Positions 7,497-17,250 of a stretch of DNA of 64,000 nt are shown piece after piece (the first letter of the stretch is position 1; each line of letters starts with the position of its first letter). This stretch comes from a virus: the IMG/VR virus record IMGVR_UViG_3300037312_000927; one strand, 5' to 3'. The notes beneath the pieces were generated by a model, which did not search any database, had not been told where the DNA came from, and saw only the letters and a list, made by a program, of their open reading frames with translations. A program made the position numbers and the translations under genes.

Positions 7497-7505
7497 TGGT
7501 ATAAG
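7497..7505 (+). promoter_or_regulatory. recurrent phage promoter motif TGGTATAAG (one of at least 11 copies)
   Basis: Exact intergenic + strand copies at 7497, 8396, 14107, 16420, 16761, 19407, 19752, 24013, 24889, 63174, 63570, each upstream of a + strand gene; TGGTATAAT variant at 1922. Confidence 0.75.
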
Positions 7506-7575
7506 TTAAATACACAGATATATAAGATGCAGAATCAATTCTGTGTACTCACCCAACTTTTGAAGGAAATCAATT

Positions 7576-8322
7576 ATGAACTTCGGCATTCTCTATATTA
7601 TTATCACCTTCTTCGGCAAGGTCGTTGGCTCTTACGGTCAGTTCTTGATGCTCATCAGTCGTCTTACTGAAGACGGTTTCACTGTATTCAAAGACGTTGA
7701 GTATACCTTGACTCAATTGAGGTATGCTCACGTAAGGGCTCGTTTCGAAAAGGCTATACTCTTATCGATATCTGCATACACTGAGTTTCGTGGGGCTTTC
7801 AAGGATCTCAAAACGGAAGTTGAAAAGAACCCGGGTGATTTCGTAACCCTCAATTCCTTCGTCTCCAAATTGAAGAAGGATCTCCCGAAAGATATCGAAA
7901 GCATGATGGAAGGTCCCGGGGAGTTCCTCAAATCAGTCTCGGAAAACGATAATCTCCTAACCGTGCCGAAGTTCGTCCTGGACTCGTACGAGTATGTCTA
8001 TGCCGTAAACTTCGGCAAGAAGGTGTTGAATACCTCAGAGTTCACGGAGGTCTTCATCAAGCGTTACAAGGACGATCCTGAAGCCATGGAACGGGCTCTG
8101 AAGCGTGTTCAGCGCGACTTCCGTACGAAGGGCTATACGACTTTGTTGAAGCCCCTGAAGGACGGTGAGACGTCCGGGCAGTACGTATACTGGAGTGACG
8201 ACACTTTCCACGTGAATATCCCTGAAAAGAGTGCTAACGTCTTCGAGTTCAAAACTCCGAATTCAAACTGGCCGTTCACCAATGAGCAGGAAAAGAAAGA
8301 CGCTGGTAAAACCGGCGAGTAA
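7576..8322 (+). CDS. hypothetical protein
   Basis: 248-aa ORF with AAGGA RBS after the promoter motif. Confidence 0.8.
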   Translation: MNFGILYIIITFFGKVVGSYGQFLMLISRLTEDGFTVFKDVEYTLTQLRYAHVRARFEKAILLSISAYTEFRGAFKDLKTEVEKNPGDFVTLNSFVSKLKKDLPKDIESMMEGPGEFLKSVSENDNLLTVPKFVLDSYEYVYAVNFGKKVLNTSEFTEVFIKRYKDDPEAMERALKRVQRDFRTKGYTTLLKPLKDGETSGQYVYWSDDTFHVNIPEKSANVFEFKTPNSNWPFTNEQEKKDAGKTGE

Positions 8323-8327
8323 CACCG

Positions 8328-8353
8328 AAGCCCGGCACAAACCGGGCTTTTTT
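8328..8353 (+). terminator. intrinsic terminator
   Basis: AAGCCCGG/CCGGGCTT followed by TTTT. Confidence 0.8.
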
Positions 8354-8468
8354 AGCTCTGCAATATTGATGAGTTTCAATTGTAGTGTCTGGTTTTGGTA
8401 TAAGAGAAGTAGACGGGAACATATCCCGTTGTTTTCAACAACGTTAATAACCACCCAGGAGTCTAGAA

Positions 8469-9398
8469 ATGCTGAAAGCAAACCAAAACGCACGTGTCGT
8501 ATCGCTGGTCCTCAACTCGATCGGCTGCTCCTACACGTTCTTCGAAACCGAAACCGGTTCGATCCACAACGCCGCCGGTAAGTCCGTGACGAAAGAACTG
8601 GAGCACCTGGTCGGGGTCGTCTCCCGTACGGATGGTCAGGTGAAGGAGGCCATTGCCGGCCCCATTTCCCAACTCCAGCTCCTGAAGGCGGCGGTGGCTT
8701 CCCGCATGTTGCCGGGCGATCTCCTTCAGGAGGCTCGCAATACCATCCGGGATATGGAAGAAAAACTGGAAACGCCTTTGAAGAAAGCAAAGGCTATCCG
8801 CTCCGAACTGGAATCGGCCATGAAGCTCCTGGAATTCGCCAAGCTGTTCGATTACGAGAATAGCCCGAAAGAAGAGGTTCCTGTGCAAGCCGCCATGTCG
8901 GAAAACCGGGCTAAGGAACTCCTCCAGAACAGCAAGGCCATTGCCGAGCGACTGAGCGGTTTGACCGAACGCCTCAGCGATATGAACAAGGTGTCGTCGG
9001 CGAAAGTCCAGACGGAAAATCCGGACAAGGCACCACTCCCGGAAAACATCCGTTCCCTCGCCGGCAGTCTCCTCGGCCAACTGATCGGCGCCGAGTGGAT
9101 GAGGGCTCATGAAGCAAAGCCGGAAGAGCGTCAAGCTCCGGTCGAGGTCCAGGGCTGCGGTGAACCAGACTGCTTCCACTGTGGTGATGCAGATCTCCAA
9201 ACGGATGTCCAGAAGGGCCCGGAATCCATCATGCCCGAGTTTCTGGCGCGTCGTGACAAGACGGACGGTATGATGAAGCCCATCTTCTTCAGGCTGAATC
9301 CCGGCGAGTCGATCGAAGACGGCGTACGTCGCGCACTGAATATCGAAGGTGACTTTCACCTGGAATTCGGTAACCCCGATATGAAGACGTTCCACTAA
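8469..9398 (+). CDS. hypothetical coiled-coil protein
   Basis: 309-aa ORF with AGGAG RBS. Confidence 0.8.
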   Translation: MLKANQNARVVSLVLNSIGCSYTFFETETGSIHNAAGKSVTKELEHLVGVVSRTDGQVKEAIAGPISQLQLLKAAVASRMLPGDLLQEARNTIRDMEEKLETPLKKAKAIRSELESAMKLLEFAKLFDYENSPKEEVPVQAAMSENRAKELLQNSKAIAERLSGLTERLSDMNKVSSAKVQTENPDKAPLPENIRSLAGSLLGQLIGAEWMRAHEAKPEERQAPVEVQGCGEPDCFHCGDADLQTDVQKGPESIMPEFLARRDKTDGMMKPIFFRLNPGESIEDGVRRALNIEGDFHLEFGNPDMKTFH

Positions 9399-9411
9399 TC
9401 GGGGGTGAAGG

Positions 9412-9443
9412 ACGGAGCCCTAACAAGGCTCCGTTTCTTTTTT
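9412..9443 (+). terminator. intrinsic terminator
   Basis: ACGGAGCC/GGCTCCGT followed by a T-tract. Confidence 0.7.
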
Positions 9444-9474
9444 GTGCTTAACAAAGTTTATCTAAAGGAAATAT

Positions 9475-10368
9475 ATGAGTATCAAAGTTTTTGACGCCAA
9501 CGGTGCAGCTATCGAAGTAAGAATTTTCAACTTCAAAGGAGGTGAAGTTCAGGTAAGAGTGGATTCGTCTCATGTTCGTGATTATTACAAGATCCGGGCA
9601 GACATTACCTGTTCGGATGATGTAATGGCCTTGCTGTTGGTTACGGATGCCCTTCGTCACATGGACCCTGCAGTGAAGATTGATCTGGATTTGCCGTACG
9701 TTCCGTATGCTCGTCAGGATCGTGTCATGAACCCAGGAGAGGCTCTGTCGATCAAGGTATTTTGTGACTTGATTAACGCTCAGAACTACAACAGCGTGTT
9801 CATCTGGGATCCACATAGCGATGTGACTCCAGCTCTGCTGAAGCGGGTTGCCGTGATGCCCCAAGAAAAGTTGTTGATGTGTGATATGGATCTCATTATC
9901 GGGGAACTTGACTATACCAAATATTTGAAAAGCGGGTTGCGCCGCCAGGAAGCTGGGGCCCAAGCGTATAAGGATCGCATGGACAACATCGTCCTTGTTT
10001 CTCCTGACGCCGGCGCAAACAAGAAGATCTTCAAGGTTGCCCAGGAATGTGGTTTCAAACATGTCGTACGTGCTGACAAAGAACGTAATGTCGAAACCAA
10101 CGAAATCACCCGCACTGTCGTGTATAGCGATCACATCGGTGACAAGGACTTCCTGATCGTGGACGATATCTGTGATGGTGGCCGGACCTTTATCGAGTTG
10201 GCAAAGGTCTTGCGCCCGTTGACTAACGGCAAGATTATTCTTTACGTTACGCACGGCATCTTCTCGTATGGCCTGGGGCCGTTCAAAGGCCTGATCGATG
10301 AAGTGTACTGCGCCCACTCGTTCGGTAAGTTCGTCGAGAACGTGAACCTGATGACCGGTATCGAATAA
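9475..10368 (+). CDS. prs: ribose-phosphate pyrophosphokinase family protein; likely Adps of NARP1
   Basis: FKGGEVQV, LPYVPYARQDR, DPHS, VSPDAGA, LIVDDICDGGRTF (PRPP loop), LYVTHGIFS. Confidence 0.92.
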   Translation: MSIKVFDANGAAIEVRIFNFKGGEVQVRVDSSHVRDYYKIRADITCSDDVMALLLVTDALRHMDPAVKIDLDLPYVPYARQDRVMNPGEALSIKVFCDLINAQNYNSVFIWDPHSDVTPALLKRVAVMPQEKLLMCDMDLIIGELDYTKYLKSGLRRQEAGAQAYKDRMDNIVLVSPDAGANKKIFKVAQECGFKHVVRADKERNVETNEITRTVVYSDHIGDKDFLIVDDICDGGRTFIELAKVLRPLTNGKIILYVTHGIFSYGLGPFKGLIDEVYCAHSFGKFVENVNLMTGIE

Positions 10369-10550
10369 TGTACAAAGTCCTGATTACTACCTCGATATCA
10401 ACTCACTACGGGTGCCATGCGTCCAGCACTGTCGTAGAGTTTTACGGTAAAACTAATGCGGAAGATGCGGTGGCCAATGCTGGTCAAAACAGCAGCCTAG
10501 AAACCGGGGTTGTTGTAACCGCTGTCCTTCTAAATCCTGAAGCTAACTAA
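10368..10550 (+). CDS. small hypothetical protein
   Basis: TAATG-coupled ORF between the Prs-like and NAMPT-like genes. Confidence 0.6.
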   Translation: MYKVLITTSISTHYGCHASSTVVEFYGKTNAEDAVANAGQNSSLETGVVVTAVLLNPEAN

Positions 10551-10565
10551 GAAAGGAAACCAGAG

Positions 10566-12440
10566 ATGTCCCAAACTAACACCCTGATCGCCCGCACTAA
10601 TACCTTCGAGCTGAAGCCCCAGTTCGCCCGTGATAGTTATAAGCTCGGCCACGACAACCAATACCCGGACGAGACCGAAGCAGTCTACACCAACATGACC
10701 TTCCGCAGTGCCAAGCACTTCCGCGTCCCGGACGTCTGCAAGTTCGACGGCAAGGTTGCCTGGCTCGGCCTGCAAGGCACGATGATGGAATACAAGGCCA
10801 TGTGGGACAAGCAATTCTTCAGCCGTCCGTGGAACGAAGTCGAAGCCGAGTACGTCCACCGTACGACACCGTTCATGGGTAAAGCCCCAGACACGACTCG
10901 TCTGAAATCATTGCACGACCTGGGTTATCTGCCGCTGCACGTAAAACAGATACCGGAGGGTAGCTATCTGAACATTGGCGTTCCGGCTTTCACTATCGTC
11001 AATACTCAACCCAACGAAGATCTCTTCGGCTGGCTGACGAATGCAACCGAGACGTACCTGTCAAACGAAAGCTGGAAGCTGCCGACCATCGCTACTATCG
11101 CCACGGCCTACCGTCGCATGTTCGACCACTACGCAGAACTGACCGGGGGTTCGATGGAGTTCGTGGACTGGCAAGGTCACGATTTTTCCGACAGGGGCAT
11201 GTCCGGATACATGGACGCGGCCAAGAACAACGCAGGCCACAACGTCGCCTTCCTGGGCAGCGACTCGGTCTCATCGGCTGACTGGATCACCTGGGCATAC
11301 TTCGCTGAAGAAAACTTCATCGCTGGTAGTGTCCCGGCTTCGGAACACGCTGTCTCCAGTCTGAACATCGCCGTGATCAAAGCCAAGATTAAGGACGACA
11401 TCGTTGCTATCAAGGCCAAAATCCAGGGCGCCGCTGGGCTCGAAGACTGGACCGAAGACGAACTGATGGCCGAAGCAGAATACCGCTTCTGTAAGCGCTA
11501 TATCACCGAAGTCTATCCGACTGGCGTGGCGTCCTACGTGGCTGACACCTATAACTTCTGGCGAGTGATCACCGAGATCGCTGCTCGCCTGAAGGACGAG
11601 ATCCTGGCTCGTCAGCCGGATGCCAGCGGTCTGGCCAAAGTCGTGTTCCGTCCGGATAGTGGTGATCCGGTGGAGATTCTGTGTGGTATCGAGATCCCTG
11701 ACTTCAGCAATGCAGAAGATCTGGAAGCAGCTAAAAGCTGGGCCCAGGAATACTACGTCGAGTTGGAGCGGGAGTCCACGGCGCATGGCCAGTCCGGTAG
11801 CCCTGAAGTCGAAGGATATTTCCGATACCAAGACCATGTGTATTGGATCAAGGTAGAGATCGAGTGGAACCGTCATGATAAACAGTATTACTACATGGAT
11901 GGTAACCGCATTCTGGACGTGAAATCTGCAGTTCTCAGCCCGGAGCAAAAAGGCGCTGTCGAATGCCTGTACGATATCTTCGGTGGTACCGTGACCGAGA
12001 AAGGCTTCAAGCAACTGCACGAACGTGTCAGTCTGATCTATGGTGACTCGATCACCCCGGAACGTGCTGACCAGATCATGCGTCGTTTGATGGCCAAAGG
12101 TTTCGCTTCGACCAACTGGGTTGCCGGTATCGGTTCGTACACCTATCAATACATCACCCGTGACACTTTCGGTGCTGCACTGAAAGCGACCAATGCTGAA
12201 GTCGACGGCGTGGCTCACGAAATCTACAAGGATCCGATCACCGATCCGGGTAAGAAATCGGCCAAGGGCCTGCTGCGTGTCGAATACGAGAACGGTAACT
12301 TCGTTCTCTACGATCAGCAGACGCCGGAACAGGAACGGCAAGGTGTGCTGCAGGACCTGTTCATCAACGGCGAGTTCTTCAACCTGGTGAACTGGACTAC
12401 GGTCCGTGAACGCTTCGGTTTGGTGAAGTTGAACGTGTAA
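10566..12440 (+). CDS. nadV: nicotinamide phosphoribosyltransferase family protein; likely Namat of NARP1
   Basis: DSYKLGH, HDFSDRGMSG, GSVPASEH, SYVADTYN, VFRPDSGDP, LIYGDSIT, KDPITDPGKKSAKG. Confidence 0.93.
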   Translation: MSQTNTLIARTNTFELKPQFARDSYKLGHDNQYPDETEAVYTNMTFRSAKHFRVPDVCKFDGKVAWLGLQGTMMEYKAMWDKQFFSRPWNEVEAEYVHRTTPFMGKAPDTTRLKSLHDLGYLPLHVKQIPEGSYLNIGVPAFTIVNTQPNEDLFGWLTNATETYLSNESWKLPTIATIATAYRRMFDHYAELTGGSMEFVDWQGHDFSDRGMSGYMDAAKNNAGHNVAFLGSDSVSSADWITWAYFAEENFIAGSVPASEHAVSSLNIAVIKAKIKDDIVAIKAKIQGAAGLEDWTEDELMAEAEYRFCKRYITEVYPTGVASYVADTYNFWRVITEIAARLKDEILARQPDASGLAKVVFRPDSGDPVEILCGIEIPDFSNAEDLEAAKSWAQEYYVELERESTAHGQSGSPEVEGYFRYQDHVYWIKVEIEWNRHDKQYYYMDGNRILDVKSAVLSPEQKGAVECLYDIFGGTVTEKGFKQLHERVSLIYGDSITPERADQIMRRLMAKGFASTNWVAGIGSYTYQYITRDTFGAALKATNAEVDGVAHEIYKDPITDPGKKSAKGLLRVEYENGNFVLYDQQTPEQERQGVLQDLFINGEFFNLVNWTTVRERFGLVKLNV

Positions 12441-12490
12441 TTCAAGGAGGGGATTGAATCCCCTCTTTTCAATAACCTTTAAGGATTAAC

Positions 12491-12907
12491 ATGGAAAACC
12501 AAAAAGCAGTTCCCGTCCTCTCCCTCAACTCCCCTACCTTCGCTGAAGATCTGGCTGACTCCCTGGGAATTCAACCGGGAGAAAAAATCCAAATCATGAC
12601 ACCTCAGTTCGATCGGATGGACGGTAAAATGGTGACGGTCCCAGAATTTACTCCGCTGGACTGGGCCAAATTGCCGACGAAGAGCCACGAAGAATTGATC
12701 GGTATGGGTTTGGGAGTGTGGAAGAAGGGTGAAGAAGGCACTCACTACCTGTTCCCTCACGAATGGTATAACATCATCCCGGAAGGCCTTGAGATGAAGT
12801 GTATCAATGGCACCACCGAAATCTTCAAACGCGGCGTCACCGACGACGATAAACGTTTCGGCTGCATTGCTTACGGCTTCGTGAAACCAGCGTCGGATCC
12901 GGTCTAG
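12491..12907 (+). CDS. hypothetical protein
   Basis: AAGGA RBS; 138 aa. Confidence 0.75.
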   Translation: MENQKAVPVLSLNSPTFAEDLADSLGIQPGEKIQIMTPQFDRMDGKMVTVPEFTPLDWAKLPTKSHEELIGMGLGVWKKGEEGTHYLFPHEWYNIIPEGLEMKCINGTTEIFKRGVTDDDKRFGCIAYGFVKPASDPV

Positions 12908-12909
12908 CC

Positions 12910-13179
12910 ATGACCACTGACAAATTTCGTATCGTCCAGTTGAAAAACCTGGATATTCTGAACCCCACCGAAGAGGAAATCCTGGCCCTGGCCCGAGCTC
13001 AAGTTATTGCCTGGGTTGGTATTGGAGGGTCGGGATTCTATCAGAAGCTCGGCCTGGAAGGTCCTATCGGATTCGGTAAGAATGGGGAGTTCTATAGGGT
13101 CAAGCTCAATGTTCCGACATCCTCGAACTTGGAACCCGATGGCCCGATCATCGTAATCGACAAACCTGTCCCATGGTAA
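12910..13179 (+). CDS. hypothetical protein (paralog of 13189..13437)
   Basis: Shared N-terminal pattern IVQ..N....NP.EE.L.L..A..I..VG. Confidence 0.7.
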   Translation: MTTDKFRIVQLKNLDILNPTEEEILALARAQVIAWVGIGGSGFYQKLGLEGPIGFGKNGEFYRVKLNVPTSSNLEPDGPIIVIDKPVPW

Positions 13180-13188
13180 GGAGTTACT

Positions 13189-13437
13189 GTGAAAGTCGTT
13201 CAAGTAATTAATCCGTTCCTCTTCAATCCAAACGAAGAAACCTTGCGTCTTGTACGGGAAGCAGAGGCAATCCGGGTCGTAGGTAAGGACTCGACTGTTT
13301 TGAGAATGAAAGACTCCATAAAGAGTTTGGGGATCTCATTAACTCAAGGTCAAGTATTTGAGATTATCTTGGGTGGTCTGATAAAATTGGAAGATTCTAT
13401 CGGGCCTTTCGAAACTGACACCGCAGTGATTAACTGA
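13189..13437 (+). CDS. hypothetical protein (paralog of 12910..13179)
   Basis: AAGGAG RBS, GTG start. Confidence 0.7.
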   Translation: MKVVQVINPFLFNPNEETLRLVREAEAIRVVGKDSTVLRMKDSIKSLGISLTQGQVFEIILGGLIKLEDSIGPFETDTAVIN

Positions 13438-13442
13438 AGTCC

Positions 13443-13483
13443 AAATACCGCACTTGGATTAATTCCTTGTGCGGTATTTTTTT
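13443..13483 (+). terminator. intrinsic terminator followed by a TTGACG -35-like hexamer
   Basis: AAATACCGCAC/GTGCGGTATTT plus a T-run; TTGACG at 13486. Confidence 0.7.
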
Positions 13484-13546
13484 GCTTGACGATGGCATTT
13501 TTTAGGATTAATATAAAATCATAGAGACAGAGAAAGGAACCCTTAA

Positions 13547-13774
13547 ATGTCTTTCGATAATAAGCATTACCCTAATAGGAAGGATAATCGTAGAGTTTAT
13601 AAATACGAATATTCAAAGAGTGTTGATCGTACCTGCCGTAATCATGGCTCTTGCGGCCATTGCGAAAATAACAGGACAATCAATGCTCGTAAGACTAAAT
13701 TGATAGCCAAGAACGAGTTGGCGAATCTTGGAAAGGAAGGTGATCTGTATCTCGAAGGGATTGGGACAACTTAA
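13547..13774 (+). CDS. small Cys/His-containing hypothetical protein
   Basis: RTCRNHGSCGHC putative Zn site; AAGGA RBS. Confidence 0.7.
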   Translation: MSFDNKHYPNRKDNRRVYKYEYSKSVDRTCRNHGSCGHCENNRTINARKTKLIAKNELANLGKEGDLYLEGIGTT

Positions 13775-14073
13775 TGGCGATAAGTGATTTATTCCCACCC
13801 GGGACAAAATGCCAGACCTGTAACAAGGATTTAAATAAAGTCATTAGCGGCGAACTTCCTTGCAGGCCATGTTTAGAGAGAGGTGAATCGCAAGTAGCGA
13901 AACTAACAGTATTACAGCATTTACTAGAAGCTTTGATTTGTTTATTTCATTTCCGATTTTATGGAGTTCTGTCTGAAGTTACCTGGGCAATTGAACGCAT
14001 GTTTAAGATCGGTGATTATCATCCTGTGAAAGGAAAATTTTACCAACGTGGTTACCTTGAAACGAAAACCTAA
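13774..14073 (+). CDS. hypothetical protein with two CxxC motifs
   Basis: CQTC and CRPC; coupled to the upstream stop. Confidence 0.6.
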   Translation: MAISDLFPPGTKCQTCNKDLNKVISGELPCRPCLERGESQVAKLTVLQHLLEALICLFHFRFYGVLSEVTWAIERMFKIGDYHPVKGKFYQRGYLETKT

Positions 14074-14185
14074 TATTTAATATAGACCCAACAATTTCCA
14101 CATTTGTGGTATAAGAGAAGTATAAAGAGATATTCACGTATCTTTTTTGCTTCTCTTTTTTTATACCTAATTGAAAGGAAATGAA

Positions 14186-14638
14186 ATGTCTCTGCTGGCT
14201 ACCATTAAAGCTGATCAACTGAAAGCACGTAAAGAACGCAATGGCATCGTCGCCGCTATTCTGACTACCCTCATCGGTGAAGTCGAAACTAAATCGAAGA
14301 AAGAACTTCGTGAGCTCACGGACACCGAAGTCATTGCCATTATCAAGAAGTTCCTGGATGGCGTCAACGAGTGTATCGATAAATCCACGGATGGTGAAAA
14401 GCGTGACCACAGCTACGTCGAGAAAGTGATCCTGGAAGGCTATATGCCGAAGCAACTGGAAGTCTCAGAAATCCAGGAAATCCTTCTGGCCCTCAGCATC
14501 GGGGAACCGGATGGTTTGAACGTCGGTAAGGCGATGAGTCACTTCAAGCAATACTACGCTGGCCGCTATGATGGTCGGCTGCTTAAGGCCCTCGTCGATG
14601 CACATAACGACCAGGTCAAAAGTACCGCTGAGGCCTAA
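14186..14638 (+). CDS. GatB/YqeY domain protein
   Basis: LLATIKADQLKARK...LTTLIGEV...DTEVIAIIKK...E..ILEGYMPKQL...GKAMSHFK..YAGRYDG. Confidence 0.85.
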   Translation: MSLLATIKADQLKARKERNGIVAAILTTLIGEVETKSKKELRELTDTEVIAIIKKFLDGVNECIDKSTDGEKRDHSYVEKVILEGYMPKQLEVSEIQEILLALSIGEPDGLNVGKAMSHFKQYYAGRYDGRLLKALVDAHNDQVKSTAEA

Positions 14639-14658
14639 TTCAAAACAGGAGGATTAAC

Positions 14659-14859
14659 ATGAACGGGACTGTCGCAGTAATCTGTTTCTTCGTATGGCTT
14701 GCGATAGATAGTGTCTTCGGTAAAGAGCCAGGCTGTGAATGCTGCGAAGAGCTGGAAGACGATCTGGATGAACTCGATGTAGACCTTCATCGTGAGATCG
14801 ACGATCTTCGAGACAGAATCACTGTACTAGAAAACAACGCTAAATCAAAAGGATTCTGA
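14659..14859 (+). CDS. small membrane-anchored acidic coiled-coil protein
   Basis: N-terminal hydrophobic helix; AGGAGG RBS. Confidence 0.7.
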   Translation: MNGTVAVICFFVWLAIDSVFGKEPGCECCEELEDDLDELDVDLHREIDDLRDRITVLENNAKSKGF

Positions 14860-14861
14860 AA

Positions 14862-15485
14862 TTGAGCAATAAACCGATTCTGCTTATCGACATGGACGGC
14901 GTTATCGCAGACTTCTACGGCCACTTCCTATCTATCTGGCGTGAGAAGTACCCGGACCGTGTCTATGTAAAACCGGAGGACGTAACTGCGTTCTACCTTG
15001 AAACCCTGTACCCGGAAGAATACGCACAGGATATCCTGGACATTCTCCGTGCCCCAGGCTTCTTCGCAAACCTTCCACCGATGCCCGGTGCAATCGAAGC
15101 CTTGAAGAAGCTCGACGAAGAAGGTAAGTTTGAGATTTATCTGTGCTCGACCCCGGATTCGGACTCGGTCAACCACAATTGTTCGAGCGAGAAGGTGCGT
15201 TGGGTGGAGCGCCACCTCGGTAAGAAATGGGTTAAGGATGTAATTCTGACCCATGACAAAACCCTGGTCTACGGGGATTTCTTGCTTGACGATAAACCGA
15301 ATATCAAAGGCTTGAGGAAACCCGCTTGGCTGCAAATCGTTTTCTCCCACGCTTACAACAAAGGTATCGGTTTCCAGATGAACGGCTGGGATAAATGGCC
15401 GAGCGTGGAAGAGTACATTCTGAAATTGCACAAAGCATTTTCTGAGCCCATGATTCATTCCGATAACGAGGAAATTTACGAATGA
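14862..15485 (+). CDS. 5'(3')-deoxyribonucleotidase (NT5C-type HAD)
   Basis: IDMDGVIADF, PMPGAIEAL, EKVRWVERHL, THDKTLVYGDFLLDDKP. Confidence 0.9.
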   Translation: MSNKPILLIDMDGVIADFYGHFLSIWREKYPDRVYVKPEDVTAFYLETLYPEEYAQDILDILRAPGFFANLPPMPGAIEALKKLDEEGKFEIYLCSTPDSDSVNHNCSSEKVRWVERHLGKKWVKDVILTHDKTLVYGDFLLDDKPNIKGLRKPAWLQIVFSHAYNKGIGFQMNGWDKWPSVEEYILKLHKAFSEPMIHSDNEEIYE

Positions 15486-16216
15486 CTAAAGATCTACTTA
15501 AAGCTATCAGCGACCTTTTCACTCCCAATGCAGATATCTTCAAAATCCCGCCGACCGAAGATACTCCGAAAGTGGGTGGAGGTAACCTGATCAAAGTTCT
15601 GTTTCTGGATATCGACGGTGTCCTGAACAGCCATAAAACCCAAGTCATCTGGGGCAAACTTCCCGGTGTAGGTTATGATGGTGACAAGGGTTTTGTAGAG
15701 GATGCTCACACCTCCGATTTCGATGCAGCTGCTCTGGTAAATCGTCTGTGCGATGCAACAGGCGCTTATATCGTGTTAAGCTCGGCGTGGCGCATCGGTA
15801 GCAACATCGAACAAATCCGTACAATGTTAGTAACGTTGGGAGTAGAATCCCCGGTCATCGGTAAAATCTCGCAGCTCAACGGCAAGCGTGGTGATCAGAT
15901 TGCTCACTGGATTAGCGAGTTCAATACGCCCGAAGGTAAGGCTCGTCTGATCGAACAAGGCCATCTTGACACGGAAGAGTTCCAACTTCCATTCGACGAT
16001 AAAACTGTGATCCAAACCTACGCTATCGTTGATGATGATAGCGATATGCTGGAATCACAGAAACATCACTTCGTTCAAACTACGTTCATGGACGGGCTCA
16101 CTTGTGCTCTGACTCTCGAACTCGGTAAGATTCTGAGTGATGACCCGACGTTCCATCTGAACGCTCTGACCGGCAAGCCATCCGTCGGTCAAGAGTGGGA
16201 AGATACGATGAAATAA
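15482..16216 (+). CDS. HAD-family phosphatase (Swiss-Army-Knife RNA-repair-like type)
   Basis: LFLDIDGVLNS, IVLSSAWR, RGDQI..W, YAIVDDDSDML...FVQT. Confidence 0.8.
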   Translation: MTKDLLKAISDLFTPNADIFKIPPTEDTPKVGGGNLIKVLFLDIDGVLNSHKTQVIWGKLPGVGYDGDKGFVEDAHTSDFDAAALVNRLCDATGAYIVLSSAWRIGSNIEQIRTMLVTLGVESPVIGKISQLNGKRGDQIAHWISEFNTPEGKARLIEQGHLDTEEFQLPFDDKTVIQTYAIVDDDSDMLESQKHHFVQTTFMDGLTCALTLELGKILSDDPTFHLNALTGKPSVGQEWEDTMK

Positions 16217-16219
16217 GCC

Positions 16220-16399
16220 ATGAGCGATTCTTATTTCGATGCCGATCGTTTAACTGGGGAATACCCTAGGAAAGACTATAACCGCCAAACTGAAATCGAG
16301 AAAAGGGTAGAGATAACTCGTAAAGTTAACTCCGGCTGGACTCTACCCTGGGTATTGAGAGAGGCTGAAAGAATGAACATCAAGGTGCCTCCTGGATAA
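16220..16399 (+). CDS. small hypothetical protein (59 aa)
   Basis: Clean ATG..TAA frame packed after the previous gene. Confidence 0.5.
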   Translation: MSDSYFDADRLTGEYPRKDYNRQTEIEKRVEITRKVNSGWTLPWVLREAERMNIKVPPG

Positions 16400-16490
16400 T
16401 TCAATAAATTTGAAAAGCTTGGTATAAGGAAAATAGAGGAGGATAATATCCAAATCTACTTTCCTTTCTTTTTACTATAACTATAAGATC

Positions 16491-16748
16491 ATGACTAAGA
16501 ACACTGAAATCAAACTCACCGCCCGTAAACTTGCAATCCTGTCGAAGAACGTCGCCCGCCATCGCAAGGCAGCCGACATGACGAAAACAGAATTTGCCCG
16601 TAATACTACGGTGAGCCGTGACACCATTCGTCGTATTGAGACTCTCCCCGAGGGTTACATTCCGTCGATCGACACGGTTAAAGCACTGGCGGATTTGGCG
16701 GGTGCATCTGTTCAAGAAATCCTGACTACCAAACTTGTCTTTCAATAA
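16491..16748 (+). CDS. XRE-family HTH transcriptional regulator
   Basis: RHRKAADMTKTEFARNTTVSRDTIRRIE...PSIDTVKALA. Confidence 0.85.
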   Translation: MTKNTEIKLTARKLAILSKNVARHRKAADMTKTEFARNTTVSRDTIRRIETLPEGYIPSIDTVKALADLAGASVQEILTTKLVFQ

Positions 16749-16835
16749 ATAACAAAGGCATGGTATAAGGGAATTGTAAGGGAGAGTCAATCTTCTTTAC
16801 GTATGTTTAACCGTTAGTTTTAAGAAAGTTCCCAA

Positions 16836-17021
16836 ATGGCCTCTACCCTCAATGTCACCGAGTATCTCGAAGAAGGCTTCGCTCTCATCGAAGATACCGA
16901 GGGCACGTATCTGGCGTCTAAACATACTGATTCAATCGTCGATATTCCCAAAGTAATTCCCCCTGTCATCTCTACTCGTAACTGCATCTTGGTGCAGTCC
17001 CGGGAAGCGATGCTGACCTAA
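16836..17021 (+). CDS. small hypothetical protein
   Basis: ORF downstream of TGGTATAAG at 16761. Confidence 0.6.
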   Translation: MASTLNVTEYLEEGFALIEDTEGTYLASKHTDSIVDIPKVIPPVISTRNCILVQSREAMLT

Positions 17022-17250
17022 TCTTTAGGTCTGGAAGCTGAAAGGCTTCCTTTCACGATCAAGTATAGTAGTCTAATAAGACAGGAAAGATGTAACAGCT
17101 TTCTAAATTCTTTCGGCTGCGCCGATAACCGGAGGTCCCAGTCGACGTCGTCGACCTGGTGGATCCGGAGCTGCAGCTGAAGAGCTCATCTCCTCCCCGA
17201 GGCAGAACGAGTTGATCGTTTCACTCAGCCTGTGATATACTGCAGGCTCC

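Noticed and set aside
17141-17187. Cloning-vector polylinker contamination
   Set aside because: Site order and overlaps do not match the pUC-type multiple cloning site, and the sites sit inside native hairpins.
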